Shown here piece after piece: positions 9,239-19,004 of a stretch of DNA of 64,000 nucleotides. How positions within the stretch are numbered: position 1 is the first letter of the stretch; every line of letters begins with the position of its first letter. Source of the DNA: Candidatus Multivoradales bacterium. GTDB lineage: Bacteria; Acidobacteriota; Thermoanaerobaculia; Multivoradales; Multivoraceae. The notes under the pieces were generated by a model. It made no database searches. It had not been told where the DNA came from and saw only the letters and a program-made list of their open reading frames with translations. A program made the translations under genes and the position numbers. The DNA lies in NCBI GenBank assembly GCA_965223325.1, contig CBDCWI010000001.1, positions 1,280,001-1,344,000 of the forward strand, given 5' to 3'.

Positions 9239-10840
9239 TCAGGGCCCACCGGGTAGAGAAGGGAGCGCGCGTGCCTCTGTGAGCCAGAGACTCGCTCGCT
9301 CGAGGGTCGGGTCTAGCGAAACCGAACGTTCGAGGTGCTCGATCGCGGGCTCCCTCTGCCCACGGCCCAGAGCCACCGACCCCAGCCACATTTCAGCGCG
9401 GGCGGCGGCAGTGGCGGGCAACCCAGCGGCGAGCTGGCCTTCTAGAAGCGCCACGGCACGGTCGACCGCCCCCAGCAACAACAACATCTCGGTGGCCTGG
9501 ACGCGCTCGTTCGGGTCCACCGGAGGCGCGATCTCGAGTGCCTCTCCCAGCGCGCCGACCGCCTGCTCACGGCGGCCGGCCTGCAGAAGCGCGATCGCTC
9601 TCGGCATGTAGGCACGTTTCTCTTCCGGGTCATCTTCGAGGACCCGGTCGAAACCCGCCGCGGCCTCGGCAAAACGCTCGGCCGCAAGATCGATCTGGGC
9701 CAACCGGAAGCGGGCGAGTGCGAACGACGGCGCGATCTCGAGCGCTTGTCGGTAAAGAGCGGTCGCTCGGTCGAGATTGCCGCGCGTGCGTTCGAGCTCG
9801 CCGAGATCGAAACGGTAAGCCGCAACCCCAGGTGCCAGCCGAACTGCCTCGCGGTAGTGGTGGTCCGCCTCGTCGAGCTCTCCGAGGTGCCAACGCACCG
9901 CGGCAAGGCTCTTGTGCACCACCGCGTCCTCGGGAGCCAACTCGAGGGCACGCTCGAGCTCGGCGAGCTCGCGCTCGCTGTCGCCATCGAAGTGCGCGAC
10001 GGCAGCCCGCAGGAGATGCGGTGCCGCGCCCACCACACGATAGGAAAGGCTGGTCAGAACAGGGTCGGCACAACCTTGCCAGGTGGCCGCCGCAACCGCG
10101 ACGCCACCGACCTCGACTTTCGAGAGCTCGCGCCGCGCACCTTCGATGTCGCCAGACTCGCGCAGGAGAAGCGCCAGCGCGTAGCGCGCCGCCGCTAGAT
10201 CCTCTTCGATTGCCAGGGCCCGACGGTAGTGGTCGGCGGCGGTCGAATCGGCTAGAAGTCGCGCCGCTTCACCGCGGCCGTAGTGGGCCGCCGCGCAGCG
10301 TGGATCAGCCTGTGCCGCCTTCTCGAACAAGTCGTCGGCGTCCCGAGGCTCGGACTCCACTTCGAGAGCCAGGCGACCGCGGCGCAGGAGCGTCGGCGCG
10401 TCGGTGGGCGCGAGTGCCAGAGCTCGTGTGATCGCAGCAACTGCGTCGTGCGACTGGCCTCGCGCCTCGTAGACGTAGGCCAGGAGGTACCAGGAGCGAA
10501 ACGAATCCTCGTCGAGGGCAGCCAGGAGCTCCAGAACCGCGCTCGCCGGGGCGAGAAAGTCGTAGCCGAGGTAGAGGTCCGCGAGCAGAGTGAGGGCGTC
10601 GAACAACACCTGGCGCGCGCCGTCGCTTTGCCCGTCGAGTCGCGACTCGCCCGCCTTCTCGAGCAGCAACGCCACTTCGCGCTGGGCATCACCGAGCTGC
10701 CTCTGGACGGCGGGGTCGAGCGCCCCGAGATCGACCTCGGGCAGTGTCCACTCGAGAGCGCTCTCGGTCGACGAGGAGGCGAGCAAGGCTCCCGTTTGCG
10801 CCAGCACGACAAGCATCGCCCACACCAGCGGCCTCTTCAT
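9239..10840 (-). CDS. Exported tetratricopeptide repeat protein
   Basis: Signal peptide; repeated TPR helices (ALALAP, ALELAPED, AVRLAPG); 4-bp overlap with the upstream gene. Confidence 0.85.
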   Translation of the reverse strand: MKRPLVWAMLVVLAQTGALLASSSTESALEWTLPEVDLGALDPAVQRQLGDAQREVALLLEKAGESRLDGQSDGARQVLFDALTLLADLYLGYDFLAPASAVLELLAALDEDSFRSWYLLAYVYEARGQSHDAVAAITRALALAPTDAPTLLRRGRLALEVESEPRDADDLFEKAAQADPRCAAAHYGRGEAARLLADSTAADHYRRALAIEEDLAAARYALALLLRESGDIEGARRELSKVEVGGVAVAAATWQGCADPVLTSLSYRVVGAAPHLLRAAVAHFDGDSERELAELERALELAPEDAVVHKSLAAVRWHLGELDEADHHYREAVRLAPGVAAYRFDLGELERTRGNLDRATALYRQALEIAPSFALARFRLAQIDLAAERFAEAAAGFDRVLEDDPEEKRAYMPRAIALLQAGRREQAVGALGEALEIAPPVDPNERVQATEMLLLLGAVDRAVALLEGQLAAGLPATAAARAEMWLGSVALGRGQREPAIEHLERSVSLDPTLERASLWLTEARALPSLPGGP

Positions 10841-12606
10841 GGCGAGGCTCCACCCGATGCCGATGTTGCCGCTGGCACGCCCTCACGCGCTCGACCTTCT
10901 CCTTCGATGACCGTCGTGTAACGACCGGCGGACACTTCGAAGCGCTCGCTCGTGCCCGACAACCACTCGACGAGAATCTGCACCCGACCAGAGGCCGATA
11001 TCGCGGCACCGGGCAGGTATTCGAACAACGCCCGCGGGTCAGAGGCTGAGGCGTAACTGCCGTTGCTCGCCGGGCGGCGCCAGAAGAGGGGAGCGTGCGC
11101 GCCAGCCTCGCCAGGCGGCCCGAGAACAGCCACGCGGGCTCCTTCGGCGAGGCGAGTCAGACCAGTCGACACCTCGATGCGTGGTTCGATGCCCACCCAG
11201 GTAGCAACACGCGGTTGCGTACTGACGAGCAACTGCAGCGGCGCTTCGATATTGCTGATCACCACCTCGAGATCGCCGTCAGAGTCGAGGTCACCCACCG
11301 CAAGGCCGCGCGACGTGTCGCGGCGCTCGAAGGCCGCCCCGAGGCGATCGGTGATGTCGTCGAAACGACCCGGAGCCGTCTGGCGGTAGCCCAGATTGCG
11401 CTGGCCGAGAGCGAAGTCTTCTCCACGCTTCTGCTCGGGGGTATGCACGGCACCGTTGACCGCCAACAAGTCGAGTAGACCGTCGCGGTCGAGGTCCAGC
11501 CAGGTGGTCCCGAAGCCGGTGAAGGGAACGCTCGTGGAGCCCAGCCCGGAACTGCCGGTGGCGTCCTCGAAGAAGCCCTCGCCCTGGTTGCGATAGAGGG
11601 TGTTGGTTTCGCCATCGAGATGGGTCAAGAAGAGATCGATGCGGCCGTCAGAATCGAAGTCGCCGGCCGCTACTCCCATGCTCGCCTCGGGTCGTCCGAG
11701 CCGATTGACCGCGGTGCCAGCAAGCAAGGCCTCGTCGCGAAACGTCCCGTCACCCTGGTTGAACCACAACCGGTTCGCCATGCCGTCGTTGGCGACATAC
11801 AGGTCGAGCAAACCGTCACTGTTGAAGTCCGCCGCGACCGCACCAAGGGCGGCGCCAGGAACGCCGAGGCCGGCGACCTCGGTTCGATCTTCGAAACGTC
11901 CGTTGCCGAGGTTGCGGTAGAGGCGATCGACGCTCGGCTCGTAAGAGAGTGGACCGCAGTAGTCGCGCGCTCCAGCCAGGGTGCGACACTCCTTGTTGAT
12001 CGCCAAGGAGTACTCGACGTAGTTGCCGACAAAGAGATCGAGCCAGCCGTCGTTGTCGTAGTCGAGAAACACCGCCGGCACGCTCCACTTCGGGTCGTCG
12101 ACACCGGCCGATCCAGCGACCTCGGCAAAGGTGCCGCTGCCGTCGTTTCGCCACAGGGCATTGCGCCCGAAGCGTGTGACATAGGCATCGAGATCACCGT
12201 CGTTGTCGTAGTCGCCGACGGCGATGCCATGGCCATAGCCACTCCCGTCAGCGGGCAGTGCACTCTCGATGCGCCGGAAGTTCAACTCGGTGCTCTCCGC
12301 GCTCGTCTGGTTGCGGAAGATGACATCTCCCGGAGCAGCGGTGTCGGGCGTCGCCTCTCCCAGCGAACTGCCCTGGACCAACCAGAGGTCGAGGTCTCCG
12401 TCGCCATCCTGGTCAAACAGAGCGACGCCGCCACCGACCATCTCGGGCATGTACATGCGCCCGGTCATACCGTTCTGGTAGACGAAGTCGACCCCGAGCG
12501 CTGCGGCTCGATCGACCAGAACGATCGCATCTTCGTTCTCCGTAGCGGACAACCCGCTCGCCCAGGAGAGAACGATCAGGGAAAGGGTGATCACAGACCG
12601 GGTCAT
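10837..12606 (-). CDS. CRTAC1/ASPIC-UnbV family FG-GAP beta-propeller protein (copy 1)
   Basis: Repeated DxDxDGxxDL Ca-binding motifs; DYCGP; EASMGV; SRGLAVGDLD; GSYASASDPR ASPIC tail. Confidence 0.9.
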   Translation of the reverse strand: MTRSVITLSLIVLSWASGLSATENEDAIVLVDRAAALGVDFVYQNGMTGRMYMPEMVGGGVALFDQDGDGDLDLWLVQGSSLGEATPDTAAPGDVIFRNQTSAESTELNFRRIESALPADGSGYGHGIAVGDYDNDGDLDAYVTRFGRNALWRNDGSGTFAEVAGSAGVDDPKWSVPAVFLDYDNDGWLDLFVGNYVEYSLAINKECRTLAGARDYCGPLSYEPSVDRLYRNLGNGRFEDRTEVAGLGVPGAALGAVAADFNSDGLLDLYVANDGMANRLWFNQGDGTFRDEALLAGTAVNRLGRPEASMGVAAGDFDSDGRIDLFLTHLDGETNTLYRNQGEGFFEDATGSSGLGSTSVPFTGFGTTWLDLDRDGLLDLLAVNGAVHTPEQKRGEDFALGQRNLGYRQTAPGRFDDITDRLGAAFERRDTSRGLAVGDLDSDGDLEVVISNIEAPLQLLVSTQPRVATWVGIEPRIEVSTGLTRLAEGARVAVLGPPGEAGAHAPLFWRRPASNGSYASASDPRALFEYLPGAAISASGRVQILVEWLSGTSERFEVSAGRYTTVIEGEGRAREGVPAATSASGGASP

Positions 12607-14789
12607 GAGCCGGCTCGCTGCCCGGGTGCGGCATGTAGAAGCACGACGATCTCCTCACCGCTTTCGAACACCCATGCCTGACGTTTGCGGTAGGCATCGA
12701 GCCGGCGGCTGGCAACGCCGCCGGGAGCCCCGACGGCAGCGGCCTGTAGATCTTCGGCATCGCCCCAGCGCGCCAACTCCGCCAGCGCCATCGCGGCGGT
12801 CTCCTGCCGCGCCGAGGAGTCGCCAATCGAACGCAGGCGTTGAATCAATTCGTATGCCAACGCTCCGTTCCGGTCGTTGGTGTCGGGCGCACTGGCGAGC
12901 AGGCGTGCGAGGGCATGAGCGAACCGTTCGTCGCGTGGGAAAACCTGCAGTGCCTCGCGGAGCCGCTCACGGGCGAGATGATAGTCAGCGGCGAGCAGGC
13001 GGGCCGTGATTTCGCCGCGCCAGGCGTCGGCGGCACGCGGTGTGACTTCGACGATGCGCGCGTAGGCAGTTGCCGCGTCCGCGTAGCGCCCGACATGACC
13101 CAACAGCGAAGCGCGAAGCGAAAGCGCCTGCATGACGGACTCGACGTTCTCCCCATCCTTCGTTGTATCGGCATTCGCCGAGAGCGCCTCTTCGAGGGTC
13201 AAGAGAGCATCTTCGAAGCGCGCGCTTTCAACCTCGACCCGTGCCGCTCTGACAGCGAGCGCCAGGGCATCTCCTGAATCTCCGGGAGGCGTACCAGCCG
13301 CTGCGGCACGCTCCCTCTGCGCTTCCTCCTCCCTTCCGAAGCGTGCGAGTGCCGCAGCGTAGGCCAAACGCAAGTCGGGGTCTCTTGGTTCGGCAGCCAG
13401 CGCTCGCTCGAAGTCACGCAACGCCAGGTCCCGAGCGCGGCGAGCGTCATGCGGCGCCCCGTTCGACGCGGCGTTGATCGATTGGTTGACGCGCGCCGTG
13501 GCGCGTTTCTCGAGCAGCGCCGCGTTGTCGGGCTGGCGCACCAGCAGATCATCGTAGTGCCCAATCGCAGCTGCCCATTCCTTCTGCCGCGAGAGAGCGT
13601 TGGCCAGGAGTAGCGCGACGTCCGCTCGCTCGGGGTCGAGAGCGAGCGACCGCTCGAACCATGGAATCGCCTCCTGGTCGCGCTTCTCGAGCACATGGTT
13701 CTCGGCAATCAAACGATGAATCTCGGCCTGCTGCCTGCTCTGTCGCGCCGGGTCATCGACCCTGGCACGCTCGAGAGACTCCTCGAGGACTGCCATCGAC
13801 CCAGCCCGGTCGCCGAGCTCGTGCAGACTGAACGCCAGCCCTCGCCAGGCCACGAAGTCGGTGGAGTCATGATCGAGCGCGCGACGGTAGAAGTCGGCCG
13901 CCATGTCGTAGCGCTCGTTTTCCATCGCCTGTCCCGCCTGGGCGAGGTAGTAGCCGGCACTCCGCCCCAGGGTGGCGACCGGGGCCAGCAGCGGGTCGTC
14001 GATGGGCACTTGGATGTCGCCGCGACGCGCGAGGTGGAACTGGGCGCGCTCGGAGTCGCCGAGGCGGCGATGTGCCTGACCGAGGGCATAGTGAAGCCAG
14101 TTGGCTTCGGGTGCGAGCTCGAGGGCGCGTCCGAAGAGGGCCACCGCCTCCTCCGGCTGGTCGCGGGCGGAGAGAACCCGGCCGAGCCCGGCGAGCACTG
14201 CCGCGTTCTCGGGCCCCTCAAGGGCGAGCTCACGGTAGAGCGCTTCGGCGCGCTCCATCTCGCCGCGTTCCAGTCTCACTGCCGCGACCCGCAGGCGCGT
14301 CAATCGGTTTTCCGGTGAATGTTCGAGTGCTCGATCGAACGACTCGAGGGCGACTTCGGTTTGCCCCTGCATACTGGCCAGGTAGCCGAGCAGGTACGGC
14401 CAGCGCGAGTCGCGCGGCAGCAACCGCTCAGCGTTTGCAAAGCAGACCTCGGCCGGGCCGAAGAACTCGTAGGCAAGGAGAGTGACGCCGGCGCGCCCGA
14501 AGGCCTCTGCCAGACGCTCTCGCTCAGGCGGAGGACTCTCTTGGCCTAGCTGCTCGAGCTCGGTTTGCAGCACCTCGACCTGCTGACGCACTTCTTCGCC
14601 GGCGCGCTCGAGGGCTGGCCAGGGAACCACCTCGAGATCAAACGACGCCGCACTCGCCCGACTCTCTTCCTGTTCTCCGAAACGACAGCCGAGCACCAGC
14701 AGCACGAGAGCCAGAAGCAGGAGAGGCTGAACCGAAACACCCAGCGGGCGACCTCGGAGAGAGCGGCGCAAGAAGCGAGCAGGGTTCAT
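12603..14789 (-). CDS. TPR lipoprotein
   Basis: LVLGC lipobox; many TPR units; 4-bp overlaps on both sides. Confidence 0.85.
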   Translation of the reverse strand: MNPARFLRRSLRGRPLGVSVQPLLLLALVLLVLGCRFGEQEESRASAASFDLEVVPWPALERAGEEVRQQVEVLQTELEQLGQESPPPERERLAEAFGRAGVTLLAYEFFGPAEVCFANAERLLPRDSRWPYLLGYLASMQGQTEVALESFDRALEHSPENRLTRLRVAAVRLERGEMERAEALYRELALEGPENAAVLAGLGRVLSARDQPEEAVALFGRALELAPEANWLHYALGQAHRRLGDSERAQFHLARRGDIQVPIDDPLLAPVATLGRSAGYYLAQAGQAMENERYDMAADFYRRALDHDSTDFVAWRGLAFSLHELGDRAGSMAVLEESLERARVDDPARQSRQQAEIHRLIAENHVLEKRDQEAIPWFERSLALDPERADVALLLANALSRQKEWAAAIGHYDDLLVRQPDNAALLEKRATARVNQSINAASNGAPHDARRARDLALRDFERALAAEPRDPDLRLAYAAALARFGREEEAQRERAAAAGTPPGDSGDALALAVRAARVEVESARFEDALLTLEEALSANADTTKDGENVESVMQALSLRASLLGHVGRYADAATAYARIVEVTPRAADAWRGEITARLLAADYHLARERLREALQVFPRDERFAHALARLLASAPDTNDRNGALAYELIQRLRSIGDSSARQETAAMALAELARWGDAEDLQAAAVGAPGGVASRRLDAYRKRQAWVFESGEEIVVLLHAAPGQRAGS

Positions 14790-16585
14790 GACGACTCAGC
14801 TCCTTCGCCACGCTGCAGCGTGTGGTACGTGCCAGGTTCGAGCCCGCTCCAGCTCTCGCGGGTACCGTCTGCCCAACGAACGGTCACGCTGTGCCCACCG
14901 GCCGGCGGCTTGCTCGAACCGAGCCCGAAAAGGATCCGCTCGTCACTCGCCGACGCGAAGCTGCCCTCGACCCGCACGCGGCGGGTCTGTGGCTCGCGCG
15001 CCGAGACGAGCGTCGCGCGGGCACCGATCGCTGCCATCCCTGGAGAGTGCGCGTCGCCAGCGGACTCAATGAGGGCGACCCCGAGCCAGTTGTCGCTCTT
15101 CGCCGCCTGGCCCATCAGTAGGCGGGCCGCTCCGCCGTTGTTCGAGATGAGAAGGTCGAGGTCGCCGTCGTTGTCGAGATCACCGACTGCCAGGCCGCGA
15201 CTGACTTCTGACGCTGCGAACGCCGGGCCGGCCTGGGCCGGCGGCACGACCTCGAAACGCTGGCCGCCCTCGTTGCGCAGTAACCGGTTGGGTTCGTGAA
15301 AGGGGAACTCGTCTCCCCGGCGGACGAGCTCTTCGAGCCTGCGTACGGCGCCCGAGACGGTCACCAGGTCGAGCCATCCGTCGAGATCGAAGTCCACGAA
15401 GGCGGTCCCGAACGAAGTCTGCAGGCGGCTGGGGGCGGCGAGACCAAAACTCTCGGTCCGGTCCAGGAAGCCACCGCGGCCGTCGCTCAAGTAGAGTGTG
15501 TCGGTTTCGCTGATCAAGTGGGTCATGAAGAGGTCGAGGTCACCGTCGCCATCGACGTCGCCGGCATCAACTCCCATACTGGCCTCAGAACGACCCGAAG
15601 CGTTCAGCGCAACGCCAGCCATGAGGCCGGTTTCTTCGAAGCTCCCGTCGCTTTGGTTCCGCCACAGGTGGTTCTCGCGGCCATCGTTGGCGACATAGAG
15701 GTCGAGCGCACCGTCTTCGTCCACATCCAGAAGCAGCACGCCAAGCGCTGGGCCCGCTTGCTCCGAAAGACCGGCGGCGGCCGACACATCGACGAAGCCA
15801 AGCTCACCGTCGTTTCTGAACAGGCGGTCCGGAAGGGGTTGAAAGCTCTCCGGCCCGCAGTAGTCGATTGAGCCAGCAAAGTCCCGACACACCGGCAGCG
15901 GCGCACCGGGTTCGGGCTGATCGAGGTAGTTGCCGACGTAGAGATCAAGGTCGCGATCGCCGTCGAAGTCGAAGAACGCAGCGGGCACACTCCAGCGCGG
16001 TTCAGCGGTCCCGCTGGCATCGGTGATGTCTTCGAAGGTTCCATCACCGAGGTTGCGCAGCATCTGGTTGTCGCGAAGGGCGGTCACGTAGAGGTCAGGC
16101 CAGCCATCGGCATCGATATCGCCAACGGCGACGGCCATCCCATAGCCGGAGCCGAGATCGCCGGAGTGCGTCGTGACGTCGGTGAAGCGCAGAGCTCCCG
16201 CGCCGTCGCTGTCGTTGCGATACAGGCGATCGTTCGAAGCCTGCGGGTCGGTGCCGTTCTGCCCTCGCCGGTCGAACAACGGCCCACCCTGCACCAGGTA
16301 GACATCGAGGTCGCCGTCGCGATCGAAATCGAAGAGCGCCAGACCGGAGCCACTGACCTCAGCCATGTTCCAGGCACCCGCAACACCATTGTCATGCACG
16401 AAGTCAAGACCAGCCTCGGCCGTCTGGTCGACGAACCACGCTGAGCTGGCAGCGCCGTCGTCCGAGACTGGCGTACCGGCGCCGGCAGATGACGCTTCAT
16501 CAGCTGCCTTGCCGACACAGCCGACCGCCCCCAGCACGACGAGAGCCAGCAGCAGACTTCGAGAGGGAGAATGCCCTGTCATCAT
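14786..16585 (-). CDS. CRTAC1/ASPIC-UnbV family protein, lipoprotein (copy 2)
   Basis: LGAVGC lipobox; FG-GAP repeats; DYCGP; EASMGV; GSFASASDERILFGLG. Confidence 0.9.
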   Translation of the reverse strand: MMTGHSPSRSLLLALVVLGAVGCVGKAADEASSAGAGTPVSDDGAASSAWFVDQTAEAGLDFVHDNGVAGAWNMAEVSGSGLALFDFDRDGDLDVYLVQGGPLFDRRGQNGTDPQASNDRLYRNDSDGAGALRFTDVTTHSGDLGSGYGMAVAVGDIDADGWPDLYVTALRDNQMLRNLGDGTFEDITDASGTAEPRWSVPAAFFDFDGDRDLDLYVGNYLDQPEPGAPLPVCRDFAGSIDYCGPESFQPLPDRLFRNDGELGFVDVSAAAGLSEQAGPALGVLLLDVDEDGALDLYVANDGRENHLWRNQSDGSFEETGLMAGVALNASGRSEASMGVDAGDVDGDGDLDLFMTHLISETDTLYLSDGRGGFLDRTESFGLAAPSRLQTSFGTAFVDFDLDGWLDLVTVSGAVRRLEELVRRGDEFPFHEPNRLLRNEGGQRFEVVPPAQAGPAFAASEVSRGLAVGDLDNDGDLDLLISNNGGAARLLMGQAAKSDNWLGVALIESAGDAHSPGMAAIGARATLVSAREPQTRRVRVEGSFASASDERILFGLGSSKPPAGGHSVTVRWADGTRESWSGLEPGTYHTLQRGEGAESS

Positions 16586-18396
16586 CGCGCACCAGCCCTT
16601 TCGGAGCTGCGCTCGACGACGCTGTAGACACCCATCGGTGGGGCCTCGAAGTCTTCGACCGAACCATCTGCCCAGCGAACCCGAAGACCGGTTGGAGCTT
16701 TGCCACCGGGAACTGCAAAACTGATGCGAGGATCGCCTGCCGAGGCGTAGCTGCCGTCAATGCGCACCCGCCGCCAGCCGAGCGGCTCTTCGGCGGAAAG
16801 GAGTGTTGCCATCGCGCCGTGTGCCGCACTGGCAACGCCGGCGGGAGAGCGTTCGCGAAGCTCGACACCGAGCCACTGCTCAGACTTGACGCGATTGCGC
16901 AGGACCTCGAGGGGGCCGTGATTGTTGGTCACCACCAGGTCGATCGCACCATCGTTATCGAGGTCGCCGGCGGCCACCCCACGACTGACGCGGGAACGCT
17001 CGAGGAGCTTGGCGTCCCACGAGGCGTCGGGCTCGACGAGCTCGAAGCGCGGCGCGCGACCGGAGTCGTCGCCGGTGTTTCGAAACCACTGGTTGGGCTG
17101 GTGAAGCGGGAAGGGATCGCCGGCGCGCTCGAGGGCCGGCAGTTTGGCGATCGCCCCGCTGGCGGTGAACAGGTCGAGGTCACCGTCGAGATCGAAGTCG
17201 AGCCAGACACTGCCGAACGACGTCACGTTGCGGCTCCCCGCTGCCAGCCCGAGGGTTTCGGTCGCGTCTTCGAAGCCCATCTCACCGTCGTTGCGGTAGT
17301 ACGTGTTGCTTTCGCGATCGAGGTGGGTCATGACCAGATCGAGATCACCGTCGAGATCGAGGTCGGCGGCATCGACCCCCATGCTGCCCTCAGCCTCGCC
17401 CGCATAGTTGAGCGCCGCACCCGACAGGAGGGCAACGTTTAAGAAGCCGCGCCCGATGCCTTCGATCTCGATGTTGCGCCACAACACGTTGGGCTCGGCA
17501 TCGTGAGCCACGTAGAGGTCCAGCCAGCCGTCGAGATCGAAATCGGCGGCGAGGGCGCCGAGTACCGGGCCCTCGAGCGCGCCAATACCCGTCGTTTCGG
17601 AAACGTCTTCGAAAGAACCGTCGCCGCGGTTGCGAAACAGACGGTCTGGTTGATAGCGAAAGCTGCCCGGACCGCAGTAGTCGAGCGCCCCGGTGCGTGA
17701 TTGACACCGCGGCGGATTGGTCTCCGGGTAGGTGACGTAGTTGCCCACAAAGAGATCGAGCCAGCCATCGCCGTCGTAGTCAAAGAAGCTCGCCGGAACC
17801 GAGAAACCACTCTCTCCGGTGCCCGAAGAGGTCGTCACGTCACGAAACACACCACCGTCGTTTCCGAGAAGAGTGTTCTGGCCGACTGCGGTGACATAGA
17901 GATCTGGATCACCGTCGCCGTCGAAGTCACCGCTGGCAACACCGATGCCGTAGCCGGGAAGCTCCGGAATGGCGTCGGGAACCAGTTCGAAGGCGAGCCT
18001 GGTCGACTGACCATCGTGCGCACGTTCGCTCGCCAGATTGCGGTAGAGCACCGACCGTCCGATGCTCTGGACAACGAAGAGATCCAGATCTCCGTCCAGT
18101 TCGATGTCGAGCAGCGCCGCCCCACTACCGAAGATCTCGAACATGTGGTCGTCGCCAGAACGGCCGCCGCGATGCTCGAACTCGAGACCAGCCGTGCGCG
18201 TCACGTCTTCAAAACCGCGGCCGCCGACCGTCGCGACGCCATCGGTGACCCGGTCGGCCTTGTCGACGTGCGGCTCCGCCGCCGACCTCCCACAGGCGCT
18301 GGCAGAGAGAGCGACCAGCGCGAGCGCGAGGCCATGAGCCAAGCGCACAGTAGCGCCGCTAGCGCGCCACATTTCCAGAGATGGGAGAGTTCGCAA
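16582..18396 (-). CDS. CRTAC1/ASPIC-UnbV family protein, probable lipoprotein (copy 3; start uncertain)
   Basis: LSASAC lipobox-like; FG-GAP repeats; DYCGP; EGSMGV; GSYASAGDPR. Confidence 0.88.
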   Translation of the reverse strand: MRTLPSLEMWRASGATVRLAHGLALALVALSASACGRSAAEPHVDKADRVTDGVATVGGRGFEDVTRTAGLEFEHRGGRSGDDHMFEIFGSGAALLDIELDGDLDLFVVQSIGRSVLYRNLASERAHDGQSTRLAFELVPDAIPELPGYGIGVASGDFDGDGDPDLYVTAVGQNTLLGNDGGVFRDVTTSSGTGESGFSVPASFFDYDGDGWLDLFVGNYVTYPETNPPRCQSRTGALDYCGPGSFRYQPDRLFRNRGDGSFEDVSETTGIGALEGPVLGALAADFDLDGWLDLYVAHDAEPNVLWRNIEIEGIGRGFLNVALLSGAALNYAGEAEGSMGVDAADLDLDGDLDLVMTHLDRESNTYYRNDGEMGFEDATETLGLAAGSRNVTSFGSVWLDFDLDGDLDLFTASGAIAKLPALERAGDPFPLHQPNQWFRNTGDDSGRAPRFELVEPDASWDAKLLERSRVSRGVAAGDLDNDGAIDLVVTNNHGPLEVLRNRVKSEQWLGVELRERSPAGVASAAHGAMATLLSAEEPLGWRRVRIDGSYASAGDPRISFAVPGGKAPTGLRVRWADGSVEDFEAPPMGVYSVVERSSERAGAR

Positions 18397-19004
18397 GATC
18401 GCCTCTTCTAGATTCGCTCGTAACTACGGCTTCGGCGCTGTGTGAACTGAACGCGTTCGCTCAACTGGGCAAGCGCCCTCGGCCGGTCGCCTTTTCTGAA
18501 GTCGCTGTCGAAACGCCTTTCGCGACTGGTCCCTGCAACCTTCCTTCCAGCGCTACTTCCCAGATACAGACGATACGAACCCCGCCCCCAGACGTTCAAA
18601 CCTACGACCGCCATTCGTCCCGGGACAGAAGGGTCCGTCGGCTTGAATCACGGTGCGGAGCGTTGAACCCTCGCATCCCACATTCGTCCCTTCTCGACTC
18701 TCGATCGCGACGGGGACCACAAAAACCTCTCGCTTTGTCCCGGCCTTCTCGCCGGCCATCCCTTTCAACAAAGTACTCGGTCACAGAATCTGCTTGTCTC
18801 GGAATGGCTTTCTGGCCGTTCGTCACTGCCAACGAACCAACCGAACCTCGCCATCCTGGCCCTTCTCGCGGCGCGTGGAACCGTCCTTGAAACGCAAAGA
18901 CAGCAAGCTGGTTCCCCCGAGTCGACCGTCATTGGCAGCGCGCCGGTGACCTCTGAGGGAGCCCGAACGACCACCCCTACTTCGGGAGAAGGAAGTACCC
19001 CACG

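Noticed and set aside
18880-18960. c-di-GMP-I riboswitch suggested by ACGCAAAG
   Set aside because: The upstream GGCAAAC...GAAA stem and the P1 pairing are not present.
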